Shown: positions 18,787 through 27,513 of the stretch, piece by piece
How positions within the stretch are numbered: the stretch's first letter is position 1
Layout: each line of letters begins with the position of its first letter
Made by a program: the position numbers and the translations under genes
Sequence record: MK327934.1
Strand: one strand, 5' to 3'
Origin: Escherichia phage vB_EcoM_G2469
DNA length: 64,000 bases
Notes under the pieces: model-generated
The model's input: the letters and a program-made list of their open reading frames with translations, nothing else
The model's database searches: none
Told to the model about the DNA's origin: nothing

Positions 18787-18816
18787 ACTATACTATAGTC
18801 CATCTATAATGTAAAC
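18787..18816 (-). promoter_or_regulatory. early-type promoter GTTTAC-N18-TATAGT
   Basis: -10 flanked by ggactac/gtagtcc-type inverted repeat. Confidence 0.5.
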
Positions 18817-18820
18817 AAGT

Positions 18821-19069
18821 TTATTCTTTTTCGCGAATAATAATTACTTGTTGAGGCTGCTGAGCAGATTTCTTTTCGGCAACGATAGACCAAATTAAAG
18901 TTCCAATCCAACCAACCATCGTCCAGTTAAAGAGTAAAGATACAAAGAAGATTGCTGTTGTGCTTTTTGTGCCACGAATAAGTGCGATTACCCAAGGCAA
19001 CATGTAAATGATGATTGAACCAATACCTGCGATTAAAACTGCTACTGAACTAGCTACGAATAATTCCAT
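18821..19069 (-). CDS. small membrane protein
   Basis: 82 aa, two hydrophobic segments. Confidence 0.5.
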   Translation of the reverse strand: MELFVASSVAVLIAGIGSIIIYMLPWVIALIRGTKSTTAIFFVSLLFNWTMVGWIGTLIWSIVAEKKSAQQPQQVIIIREKE

Positions 19070-19097
19070 GTTAATTTCCTCTTGATTTGTTATGTTT

Positions 19098-19127
19098 ATA
19101 GTATCTTATTTTAACTTTGGTGTAAAC
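19098..19127 (-). promoter_or_regulatory. early-type promoter GTTTAC-N18-TACTAT
   Basis: read on minus strand. Confidence 0.5.
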
Positions 19128-19130
19128 CAA

Positions 19131-19499
19131 TTAATTAAATTTGTTTAAACGTTCAATACACTGGACGTAGTTATTCGCGATTTGTTTCTGGGTAGGCTCT
19201 TTACCAGTTGTTTCAACATAGCGAATGAATGCGATTTCAGTAGCCTGTAAGCAATGTTCTTTAACGCGTTGTTCTTTTGACAATGCTACAGTATCAGAGT
19301 CACGATAACGTTGAGCATGGGCATCAGCTTGAATCATTCGATTACCTACAGTAACCGGGTCTTCCACTTCAACTTTAGGTTGGTCATACTGTTTAACATT
19401 CGGATTGTAAATCAATTGGCCAACGTTATTAGGGATAAAGCCATGGGCACCACATCCGGTTAATCCAAATACCATTGCTAAAGCGATTAATTTTTTCAT
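19131..19499 (-). CDS. putative lipoprotein
   Basis: 122 aa; signal peptide with lipobox LTGC. Confidence 0.55.
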   Translation of the reverse strand: MKKLIALAMVFGLTGCGAHGFIPNNVGQLIYNPNVKQYDQPKVEVEDPVTVGNRMIQADAHAQRYRDSDTVALSKEQRVKEHCLQATEIAFIRYVETTGKEPTQKQIANNYVQCIERLNKFN

Positions 19500-19527
19500 T
19501 TCAATTTCCTCTGTAGTTGATAGAAAG

Positions 19528-19557
19528 ATAGTAACACAGTATGTGGTGCTTGTAAAC
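19528..19557 (-). promoter_or_regulatory. early-type promoter GTTTAC-N18-TACTAT
   Basis: read on minus strand. Confidence 0.5.
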
Positions 19558-19559
19558 AG

Positions 19560-19772
19560 CTATTTTAAACTTTTTCGAAATTTGCGTTTTTCTTGACGAA
19601 TCTGTCGTTTAGTCGGACGTACAGCAAATTTAACGAAGTCTACTTTGCCGTGTGGAAACTTTTCAGATGCTTCACAGTCCATCATTAGTTCCCATCCTTC
19701 CAGAATAAGAGCTTTCCATTGTGTAGTTGATGCAAATTCATATGTTGATGGTTTAAACACAGTCGAATACAT
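19560..19772 (-). CDS. small basic-tailed protein
   Basis: start at ATG 19770-19772 (gagga SD); C-terminus VRPTKRQIRQEKRK shared with ORF 49395-49565. Confidence 0.45.
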   Translation of the reverse strand: MYSTVFKPSTYEFASTTQWKALILEGWELMMDCEASEKFPHGKVDFVKFAVRPTKRQIRQEKRKFRKSLK

Positions 19773-19773
19773 A

Positions 19774-19965
19774 TTATCCTCTGAAATCAGCTTCAAAAAC
19801 TTTCTCGTCATTAATAAATGCTTTAACTAATGCATTGTTCACTTCAGCAAGTTGTACCGTAACCCACTCGATTTCTTCGCGATCACCTGATAACATGATA
19901 TCTTTAGTGAACATCTCACCGCTTTTAAACCAACCGATAAAAGTAACTTTAATTAATTTGCTCAT
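19774..19965 (-). CDS. small hypothetical protein
   Basis: start at ATG 19963-19965 in ATGA overlap with upstream stop. Confidence 0.4.
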   Translation of the reverse strand: MSKLIKVTFIGWFKSGEMFTKDIMLSGDREEIEWVTVQLAEVNNALVKAFINDEKVFEADFRG

Positions 19966-20279
19966 ATTTCCTCGCAAAATGCCCATTCAGCGTGATAAAC
20001 TGTAGCACCTTTAGTATCATTCATTTGAACTACATCTACCGGAGAAATTACTCGATAGAGACGTGGTTCACCTCCATAAGAGCGTGCTGCTCGTCCTGCA
20101 TAAATCTTTGCTAAACCGATATCTTCAGTAAAGAATACACGATCCAAGTTTTTCTTACGTCCAGTTTCAGACAGAACTCCTGTTTCTTCAGGAGGACAAA
20201 GCATGTTTTCGATGTTAGCTGAACTACTTGAACCGTGATAAAAAATCTTAAATTCTGCTTTACAATCGATGGTTTTCAT
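19962..20279 (-). CDS. hypothetical protein
   Basis: 105-aa ORF, ATG start, ggaga SD. Confidence 0.5.
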   Translation of the reverse strand: MKTIDCKAEFKIFYHGSSSSANIENMLCPPEETGVLSETGRKKNLDRVFFTEDIGLAKIYAGRAARSYGGEPRLYRVISPVDVVQMNDTKGATVYHAEWAFCEEI

Positions 20280-20285
20280 TTTGTT

Positions 20286-20334
20286 CTCCAGTAGTTGATA
20301 GGTCTATAATAACACAACTACTGGAGAAGTAAAC
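20286..20334 (-). promoter_or_regulatory. early-type promoter GTTTAC-N17-TATTAT inside a 12-bp inverted repeat that includes the SD
   Basis: arms ctccagtagttg (20286-20297) and caactactggag (20317-20328); -10 lies between them. Confidence 0.55.
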
Positions 20335-20709
20335 TTAAAAATGTAATTTAGATACATCTGCGTTGATTTCACTTTGGTTTGCGTCATATGCAATTAAACG
20401 AACCGCTTTAGATGGGTCATTCAATGCATAGAAATGATGGAACATTGCTCGAACGATATCACCATTTACGAGTTCTACCTGGATAGGAGAACCTTTTTCG
20501 AGTTGGAAATGTTCATAAGCTTTGATGGTTCGTAGATAATCAAGTTTTTGATTTCCGGCTCCAACTATTTGTACGATACGTTTGCCCATGTTTTCCATAC
20601 GAGATACAATAGTTTTAGGAGCAAGAATAACGTAGGTTGCCAGCGGAGAAACTACTTCAACAGTTGTGTTTTCGGTGATTGCAGTAAAAATTGCTTGAGA
20701 CATATTCAT
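20335..20709 (-). CDS. hypothetical protein
   Basis: 124-aa ORF, ATG start, agagga SD. Confidence 0.5.
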   Translation of the reverse strand: MNMSQAIFTAITENTTVEVVSPLATYVILAPKTIVSRMENMGKRIVQIVGAGNQKLDYLRTIKAYEHFQLEKGSPIQVELVNGDIVRAMFHHFYALNDPSKAVRLIAYDANQSEINADVSKLHF

Positions 20710-20738
20710 AATGTTTTCCTCTTGGTTGGTGTAAGTAC

Positions 20739-20768
20739 ATCATATCATGCCTAGAGGAAGATGTAAAC
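20739..20768 (-). promoter_or_regulatory. early-type promoter GTTTAC-N18-TATGAT
   Basis: read on minus strand. Confidence 0.5.
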
Positions 20769-20774
20769 CCCGAA

Positions 20775-20792
20775 AGGAGACCGAAGTCTCCT
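20775..20792. terminator. hairpin aggagac-cgaa-gtctcct, orientation ambiguous
   Basis: perfect 7-bp stem just downstream of gene 41; T-run follows on plus strand, weaker U-run on minus. Confidence 0.4.
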
Positions 20793-20796
20793 TTTA

Positions 20797-22239
20797 TTAA
20801 AATTTTAACTCATTGGCTAAGCTATCTAGGTCAGCACGTGTTGCTTTGGCTTTACCTACGCGTTCCGTACGATTCACCTCTGCCTGACGCATCTGAGCAC
20901 CTGCGTTTTCATTTACTGTGTTAGGTGTGTTCATGCCTTCTTGCTCAATCTCAACCCATTTCTGATTGCCTTTACGTACACCCATCAGGAATTTATTCCA
21001 CTTATTCTTATCGCCGTATCGTGATTTGATTTGTTTGATAAGTTGTTGTTCAGCTTGTGCAAGTTCTTCGGTTTCAATTACAGCCAACATGAAATCTGCC
21101 GTTGCTGGTAAACCTGCTGATTCTGCGATATCACTCATGTTCATATCCGAAGCATCCCATGCTGCACGTCCTACTTGAGCTGCAGTCCATAGAACTGTTT
21201 CAGATTCTACTGCTAATGCACGAAGTTCTTCTGCGATAGCTTTAACTAATGTGTAGCTATTTTCAGTGTAAACTCTGATACGACAAGACCCACAAATACC
21301 TAAGTAATCAACCATGATTACAGATGGCACAAAGTTCTTCTTAAGTTTTAACTCATTAAGCAATGCACGGAATGTATTAGCATTAGCTCCGCCAGTAGGA
21401 TACTGTTTAACTACTAAACGTCCTAATGTTGTTTTTGAACGCCATTTTTCCATCTTGGCTTTATATTCAGCATAAGATACGTTACCATCATCGATATCAT
21501 CGAGTGATACGTCAAGCATGTTTGCATCTATACGCTTAGCACAAACTTCTTCAGCCATTTCCATGGAAATATAAAGAACATTATGACCTGTTTGAAGATA
21601 ATCTGCAGCAAGTGAACAAAGGCCTAAAGATTTACCGACGTTAACACCAGCCATTAAAACGTTTAGTGTACCTGTTTCTGCGCCGCCTTTGGTGATTTTA
21701 TTCAAAATGTTTAATTTGAACGGGACCTTACGTGCTTTATTTAGATAAGAAAGCCAGCGTGCTTCGTAGTCTTCCATCCAGTCATGTCCAACATAACTAT
21801 CGAACGAAATTGAAAGTGCTTGACGCATAATATCAGGAATAGCTCCTACGTCAGGCATTTTCTTGTTACGTTGTTCTGGAGGTAGTTCAGCATTAGACTG
21901 AATCTCAATGATTTTAGATGTAGCATTATACATCGCTTTTTGCTGGACATATTTCTCAGTTTCTTTAACCAACCACTCATGGTCTTCAGGAGTATCAGCC
22001 AATTTTTCAATTAGGTCTGAAGTTCCTTTATATTCGGCTTCAGTTAAAGAACTGTTATCTAAAGCCACCTTTAACGCATTGATAGATGGCATTGCATTAT
22101 ATTCGTTAACGTGGCTCTTTATAATTTTAAAGACATTTTTTGCCGGTCCACGCTCAAAATACTCAGAATCCATATAAGGCCAGACCTTAGAAAAATAAGC
22201 CTGGTCGTATACTAGATGAGACAAAATAATTTCTACCAC
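20797..22239 (-). CDS. 41: replicative DNA helicase (DnaB-like)
   Basis: 480 aa; GTG start with aaggag SD; Walker A GVNVGKS; T4 gp41-like. Confidence 0.95.
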   Translation of the reverse strand: MVEIILSHLVYDQAYFSKVWPYMDSEYFERGPAKNVFKIIKSHVNEYNAMPSINALKVALDNSSLTEAEYKGTSDLIEKLADTPEDHEWLVKETEKYVQQKAMYNATSKIIEIQSNAELPPEQRNKKMPDVGAIPDIMRQALSISFDSYVGHDWMEDYEARWLSYLNKARKVPFKLNILNKITKGGAETGTLNVLMAGVNVGKSLGLCSLAADYLQTGHNVLYISMEMAEEVCAKRIDANMLDVSLDDIDDGNVSYAEYKAKMEKWRSKTTLGRLVVKQYPTGGANANTFRALLNELKLKKNFVPSVIMVDYLGICGSCRIRVYTENSYTLVKAIAEELRALAVESETVLWTAAQVGRAAWDASDMNMSDIAESAGLPATADFMLAVIETEELAQAEQQLIKQIKSRYGDKNKWNKFLMGVRKGNQKWVEIEQEGMNTPNTVNENAGAQMRQAEVNRTERVGKAKATRADLDSLANELKF

Positions 22240-22248
22240 GATAACTCC

Positions 22249-22590
22249 TTAAAAGAATTTAAATTTTTTCTTGGTTCGTTCATTAAAAGCTTGTTGTACT
22301 TGCATTGTAACACATTTTTCAACATGTGGTGCAAGTTCTGCTTTTCTGTCCTGGTCAAGAACTGCAAAGTCCATTACGATTTTACCATCAACCCAGTCTA
22401 GTTTTGTAATATAGACTATATGATGGGAACCGTCTTCAAGTGTAATCAGAATCTCTTGAATGACATTTTCCATTGCTGAACGGATAATTTTAAGAGATTC
22501 ATTAAACACTCGTTCTTTGCGAATGTCTTCCCCTTCCGAAGAAGGGGATTCATCAACGATTTCTAGATTTAAATCATCGAGATTATTCAT
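22249..22590 (-). CDS. 40: gp40-like protein
   Basis: track ORF starts at TTG; ATG at 22588-22590; sits between uvsX and 41. Confidence 0.55.
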   Translation of the reverse strand: MNNLDDLNLEIVDESPSSEGEDIRKERVFNESLKIIRSAMENVIQEILITLEDGSHHIVYITKLDWVDGKIVMDFAVLDQDRKAELAPHVEKCVTMQVQQAFNERTKKKFKFF

Positions 22591-23755
22591 CGAAATCTTC
22601 CATTTCGTCAAGGTCGTTTTCTATATCTGCTGCAGACGGAGCATCAGAAGTTTTAACCGGAACTTTAGTTGTTGCTTTGCAATTAATAAGGTCGTTAACA
22701 GCGTCATCAACTTCTTTAATAGAAGAGATAGCACCTAGTTTATATTTAGTTTCAATTGCATCTCGGAAAGGTTTGTGTTTAAACAAAGGTCCCCAGAATT
22801 CTACACAATCAGTAGCTTTAGCACGCCATGATTTTTCTTCACGAATCATTTCACCTGTTTCTTCGTCAAGGAATTCGCGAGCATACCAACCGGCTTTAGG
22901 CTTAACTACAAAACCAATTTCAGTTGCCATTTCTAACAAGCCACTGAATGGGTCAATACCGCCATCAAAATTAACCGTGATCGGGAAAGTAGATTTCTCT
23001 TTAACTGTACGAGATTTTTCCGCTTTCAACGTGAAGTCATAACCGGTCAATTCTGTACCTTCTTTAACCTGACGTTTAGAGATAAAAAATACCGTGTTGG
23101 CAGAATAAAGAATACCTGTACCACCGCCCATAATCTCTTTAGGATACAATCCGCCGATTTCCATTGCTGTATGGTTAATTGCAACACACGGAATATCTTT
23201 AATAGTCAGATAAGGAGTCACAATGCGGAACAGAGATTTAAGTGCCTTAGCACGAGACATATCACCTACAACTTTCTCGTTCAACGCATCTTCGGTTTCT
23301 TTCTTAGATGCAGTATTACCGATTGAATCGATAAAGATAATAACTTTATCACCGCGTTCAATAGCGTCAAGCTGATTAGTCATATCAACTTTAAGTTGTT
23401 CGACAGATTGAATCGGAGTATGAACTACACGGTCTAAATCAACACCCATTGAACGAAAATAAGATTCTGAAGCACCGAATTCTGAGTCATAAAACAAACA
23501 GATTGCATCTTTATATTTCTTCATATACGCTGCAACCATAGTTAGTCCAAACAACGTTTTAAAGTGTTTAGAAGGAGCAGCAAAAATAGTTAAGCCTGAT
23601 TGCAACCCTGCATTCAGTGCACCACCTAATGCGATATTCAACATCGGAATACGAGTAGGGACTTCATCACGATTATTAAACAGCTTAGACTTAGTCAAGT
23701 CTGCAGTCATTTTAGAAGTAGAAGCTTTAATCAGACGAGATTTTAAATCAGACAT
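22583..23755 (-). CDS. uvsX: UvsX recombinase (RecA-like)
   Basis: 390 aa; RecA-fold, T4 UvsX-like throughout. Confidence 0.95.
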   Translation of the reverse strand: MSDLKSRLIKASTSKMTADLTKSKLFNNRDEVPTRIPMLNIALGGALNAGLQSGLTIFAAPSKHFKTLFGLTMVAAYMKKYKDAICLFYDSEFGASESYFRSMGVDLDRVVHTPIQSVEQLKVDMTNQLDAIERGDKVIIFIDSIGNTASKKETEDALNEKVVGDMSRAKALKSLFRIVTPYLTIKDIPCVAINHTAMEIGGLYPKEIMGGGTGILYSANTVFFISKRQVKEGTELTGYDFTLKAEKSRTVKEKSTFPITVNFDGGIDPFSGLLEMATEIGFVVKPKAGWYAREFLDEETGEMIREEKSWRAKATDCVEFWGPLFKHKPFRDAIETKYKLGAISSIKEVDDAVNDLINCKATTKVPVKTSDAPSAADIENDLDEMEDFDE

Positions 23756-23804
23756 TGTATTTTTCCATAGGCATCATTATATTTTACTCATGTTTAAAAG
23801 ATAA

Positions 23805-23836
23805 GATGATTATATACTAAGGGTTATACAGCATTT
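23805..23836 (-). promoter_or_regulatory. candidate middle promoter (MotA-box-like TGCTGTA, 12-bp spacer, TATAAT)
   Basis: minus strand aaaTGCTGTAtaacccttagtaTATAAT upstream of uvsX. Confidence 0.4.
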
Positions 23837-23853
23837 AAAACTTTAAATGGCTC

Positions 23854-24402
23854 TTAACGAGCCCATTTGATGATTTCTGTAATCAAACCATTACGTTCGC
23901 TTGCATTAAATCCTATAACTTTGTTAGCACCATCATGATTAAGTAATTGATATGTTTGGATTTTGTTATGAATTGCAAACTCTTCAAAATGTGAAATGAC
24001 TGTATTAAAACCGAATGAAGACAAAGTAATAAGGTCGTCTTCAAAACTTTCAGTCATTTCGTTACGTGTTAAAATAATTGTGAACACATCATGGTTTTGG
24101 CAAAGACGAACATAATCCTGTTCATAAACGTCAAGAACCGAGTCAGCATCTTGTCGAATACGTCCATAAACCCAGTTACTAATATATCCACGGTCTAACA
24201 GATAAATCTTAGTAGGGTCTAAATAATTCAACATCGTTTCGAAACAGCCAACTTCATTTCGAGACTTAACATCGAAACGCCCATCAACTGTTCGTTTAGG
24301 GAAATCAATCTTTACATATCTTTCACTAATTTCCATTATGTCATTAATGAAAGTTGTTTTACCAGCATTATCTGGGCCATCTACTAAAATAATTTTAGCC
24401 AT
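23854..24402 (-). CDS. P-loop nucleoside/nucleotide kinase-like protein
   Basis: 182 aa; Walker A ILVDGPDNAGKTT near N-terminus. Confidence 0.6.
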   Translation of the reverse strand: MAKIILVDGPDNAGKTTFINDIMEISERYVKIDFPKRTVDGRFDVKSRNEVGCFETMLNYLDPTKIYLLDRGYISNWVYGRIRQDADSVLDVYEQDYVRLCQNHDVFTIILTRNEMTESFEDDLITLSSFGFNTVISHFEEFAIHNKIQTYQLLNHDGANKVIGFNASERNGLITEIIKWAR

Positions 24403-24403
24403 T

Positions 24404-25303
24404 TTATTCCTCGATTACGACATCTTCATATTTAGGTATATTATACGGCGAAGAAATTAAAGCATTAAAGTAGATGAACTCACCAAGACCTGGATGGAAT
24501 ACTTCTTCAGGATTTTCGAAATATTGAATTTTCGGACGCCCTTTAAGAATTTGATAGTACTCTGTTTTAGTTGGTTTAAAAATTCGAATCAGCGCTTCTT
24601 CAGGATACTTATTTCTGTCGAAGCTATTATTTGGATCGGTTATATAAAGCGGTTGGCCTAATTGAATTGCACATTCAACCACTTGTTCAAAACGATAGCA
24701 CGGGTCACTAATTCGAAATGGATGAAAAATACCATCTAGATAAATAGGAGCCAAATCACCTACAAGACGCTGCATGATGGAAGGACGTATAACTTTCTGC
24801 GTTACGATAATCTTATTACCATCTGCACCAGCGTTAACCAGCACTTCTTTTTGACGTTCATTCAACACAGTAGTTTGAAGTGAACGATTAACCGACAACA
24901 TATCAGTTTTTAAGAATTCATCAATATAAAAACGTGGTTTATTAGGGTCTGCAGTGATATTGAAATTGAATTCCACATCAAAAGCGCCGTCATATCCAGT
25001 GATATCTGTGATTAGAAAATCACAGTCATAATAAGCAATTAATGAATCAACCACAAATTCATTTTCAGACCAGAAATATTTACGAGTGTTATACGCGTTA
25101 TCTTTATACCATAATGGAACAAACTTAAATTCTGGAAAAAGACGTTCGCATTCTTTAATATCAGATGCATTACGTGGATATGTAATCACATCACCCGGAT
25201 TAGCACGGTGCAAATGAAGTTGGAAGTTGCCATCCTTAAGGATAGCATACTGTCCAGTTTCATAAGACCGCATACTCAAAATAGGTACGCGGAAAATAGC
25301 CAT
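24404..25303 (-). CDS. hypothetical protein at the beta-gt position (possible second sugar transferase)
   Basis: 299 aa, no resemblance to T4 beta-gt seen; TAATG overlap with gene 42. Confidence 0.5.
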   Translation of the reverse strand: MAIFRVPILSMRSYETGQYAILKDGNFQLHLHRANPGDVITYPRNASDIKECERLFPEFKFVPLWYKDNAYNTRKYFWSENEFVVDSLIAYYDCDFLITDITGYDGAFDVEFNFNITADPNKPRFYIDEFLKTDMLSVNRSLQTTVLNERQKEVLVNAGADGNKIIVTQKVIRPSIMQRLVGDLAPIYLDGIFHPFRISDPCYRFEQVVECAIQLGQPLYITDPNNSFDRNKYPEEALIRIFKPTKTEYYQILKGRPKIQYFENPEEVFHPGLGEFIYFNALISSPYNIPKYEDVVIEE

Positions 25304-26019
25304 TAGTCAAGGAATCCTTTAACATAATCAAAATCACGTTCAAACACATGGGCACTTACCATGGTATGAGTATAATCACCAACTTCTACACCGCATTCGT
25401 TAGCGATATAATGAAGTAATTTTCCTTGGAGATAAAAATCCAACTGCATAACAACAGCACAGTTCTGAGAACGCATATGACAGTGGGTATAAAGCTTACC
25501 ATCACGAATATAATAAGTCACTGAGTCAGTACATGGATATTCAAGCGTTTCGTCTGAATCAAGCAAAGCCTGATCAGAACTTTCTAGAATTTGGAACACA
25601 ACTCTTCGGGAGTTAGGCTTCTCTTTAAGTTCTTTTAGAAGAGCTGGTAATTGGGCCGCAATGCGAGGACCATAGAAAGTGTTGAAGTTCGCCGGCAAAA
25701 CATCTGATTTTGGTTTAGAAATAAATTTAGCGACATTAGGATATGCCTTAAACGCTTCTTCTGCGTTGGTACCACCAGAAATCATAAACTTCCAGAAGTC
25801 TTCGGCATATTCATAAGAGATGCGGTTAATACGTGGGTCGGTCATTTTGAATGATGATGGAGTGTCAACAACTACTGTCATAGACCCAATTTCATTACAA
25901 CGTCCAATACGAGAATCAGTTACGAATTCCGGGTTTTCTAAAATTTCACGATTGACTGTTTTAAATGCGGTTTGAAAATCTGCGGCTTTGATATATTTCA
26001 TTGTGTTATGTTTTCCCAT
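25303..26019 (-). CDS. 42: dCMP hydroxymethylase (thymidylate-synthase fold)
   Basis: 238 aa; T4 gp42-like. Confidence 0.9.
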   Translation of the reverse strand: MGKHNTMKYIKAADFQTAFKTVNREILENPEFVTDSRIGRCNEIGSMTVVVDTPSSFKMTDPRINRISYEYAEDFWKFMISGGTNAEEAFKAYPNVAKFISKPKSDVLPANFNTFYGPRIAAQLPALLKELKEKPNSRRVVFQILESSDQALLDSDETLEYPCTDSVTYYIRDGKLYTHCHMRSQNCAVVMQLDFYLQGKLLHYIANECGVEVGDYTHTMVSAHVFERDFDYVKGFLD

Positions 26020-26061
26020 GTTTACCTCAATACAATTTATTATATACTCAATTCGTAAAGC

Positions 26062-26301
26062 TTATTTGAATTTCTTGACAATGTTGATATAACGTAAAGC
26101 TTCAGCATCGATACTTCCAAGAACACTATGAAGAAATGCATCAGCGTAGTATTCCAATTGAACAGGTTCTTTAATCACTTTAGCCGCTTTAGTTTCAAAC
26201 AGGCCCATCAGGGCCTTTTTAAGAATTTGTTCATTAGTGTTCAGTTTAATAGTCAAAATCTCTTCATTAAGTTGGTGGTTAAAAGTTTTTCTAGAAATCA
26301 T
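26062..26301 (-). CDS. small hypothetical protein
   Basis: 79-aa ORF, ATG start, 4-nt overlap with next gene. Confidence 0.45.
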   Translation of the reverse strand: MISRKTFNHQLNEEILTIKLNTNEQILKKALMGLFETKAAKVIKEPVQLEYYADAFLHSVLGSIDAEALRYINIVKKFK

Positions 26302-27467
26302 TCCGGGTACCTCAAAGCGTCATCAGAGTTAGTTATATCAATAATAGATATAGAGTTTTCTGCTAACCCGTTTTTAGATAATTGACGTTTATAATATCTT
26401 TCACAATATGTACACGTCGTCCCGCAGATTTCATTAGCACAATCGAAATCCGGATGTCTGAACCACCTTTTTTCTAAAAAGCCATCTAACAAAGAGGTTT
26501 CAATATTTACTGTATGTGAAAACTCGGTCTCATTTTCAAGAGTGAAAATAGTCTCTAAAGGCTTCCACAGTTCTAACAAATTACCTTCAAACTTTTCAGA
26601 AGCGTATGCTTCAAGAACTTTCAAAATGTAGTCTGTGCTACCTGTACGTCCTGAAACTTTGAATTGAGTGATACCAATATCATTATAAAGTTTCAAATCT
26701 TGAGGACGAACAAAACGAGTTCTCAGCCAGTTAAATGGGTCTGTATCACGAGCTTTAATGCAGTGTTGCATTGGATATCCATTTAAGGATTTAGCATCAT
26801 CAGCGGTAACATCAGTACTATGGAAAATATAGCAAGAGTCACGATAGCTACAATGTGTTGTATACCCTTTACCAGCATTAGAACAGAACTCATTTACAAG
26901 AACTTCAAATATTATATTGTTCTTATTGCAAAACTCTGCTGCACGCTTCAGGAAAGAAACTGAACGGTTCTTATGAATTCCGCAGCAGACCTTTTTGATA
27001 TTATACTGGTCATGCAAGTATTTGATTTGAGTTACAGCATCGACATGTAGAATTGTTGAAACTTCAATCTCAATGTCTTTATTGACTTCACGAACAATTT
27101 CCATAACAACAGGGTTAGCGATAGTAATACGCCATACGCCTATTGACCAAAGATACTGAACATAATCCTGAATAGCTTTCTTCTTCCACTCAACTAGTTC
27201 TCTTTTTGAACCAGGATTTATCGTGTTGAGTGTATAGTTAAAGCAAATACCTAATTCGTTACAACGTTTAACGTAGTCTTCTAACATCTTTTTGTCAACG
27301 TCAGGAAGCCTAAAATCAGGTCTGGCTGCTACAAAAGCCATTTCTCTTGTAGAGCCATATACTTCGTTTATCAAGCTATTAGGATAGGTTTTATTGAGCT
27401 CTACGATTTTATCAAGAAGAGCTAAATCAAAATTCGTTCCGATTTTAAAAGTATTCATTTTTTGCAT
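26298..27467 (-). CDS. hypothetical enzyme with C-terminal Cys cluster
   Basis: 389 aa; C-terminal C-x4-C-x3-C-x2-C (CANEICGTTCTYC) contains CxxxCxxC; second CSxxxxxxxxHCSxxxxC stretch. Confidence 0.55.
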   Translation of the reverse strand: MQKMNTFKIGTNFDLALLDKIVELNKTYPNSLINEVYGSTREMAFVAARPDFRLPDVDKKMLEDYVKRCNELGICFNYTLNTINPGSKRELVEWKKKAIQDYVQYLWSIGVWRITIANPVVMEIVREVNKDIEIEVSTILHVDAVTQIKYLHDQYNIKKVCCGIHKNRSVSFLKRAAEFCNKNNIIFEVLVNEFCSNAGKGYTTHCSYRDSCYIFHSTDVTADDAKSLNGYPMQHCIKARDTDPFNWLRTRFVRPQDLKLYNDIGITQFKVSGRTGSTDYILKVLEAYASEKFEGNLLELWKPLETIFTLENETEFSHTVNIETSLLDGFLEKRWFRHPDFDCANEICGTTCTYCERYYKRQLSKNGLAENSISIIDITNSDDALRYPE

Positions 27468-27513
27468 CTCGCGTTAATTGATGCGATGGTTTTTGCAGGT
27501 CTTACTTAAATTA

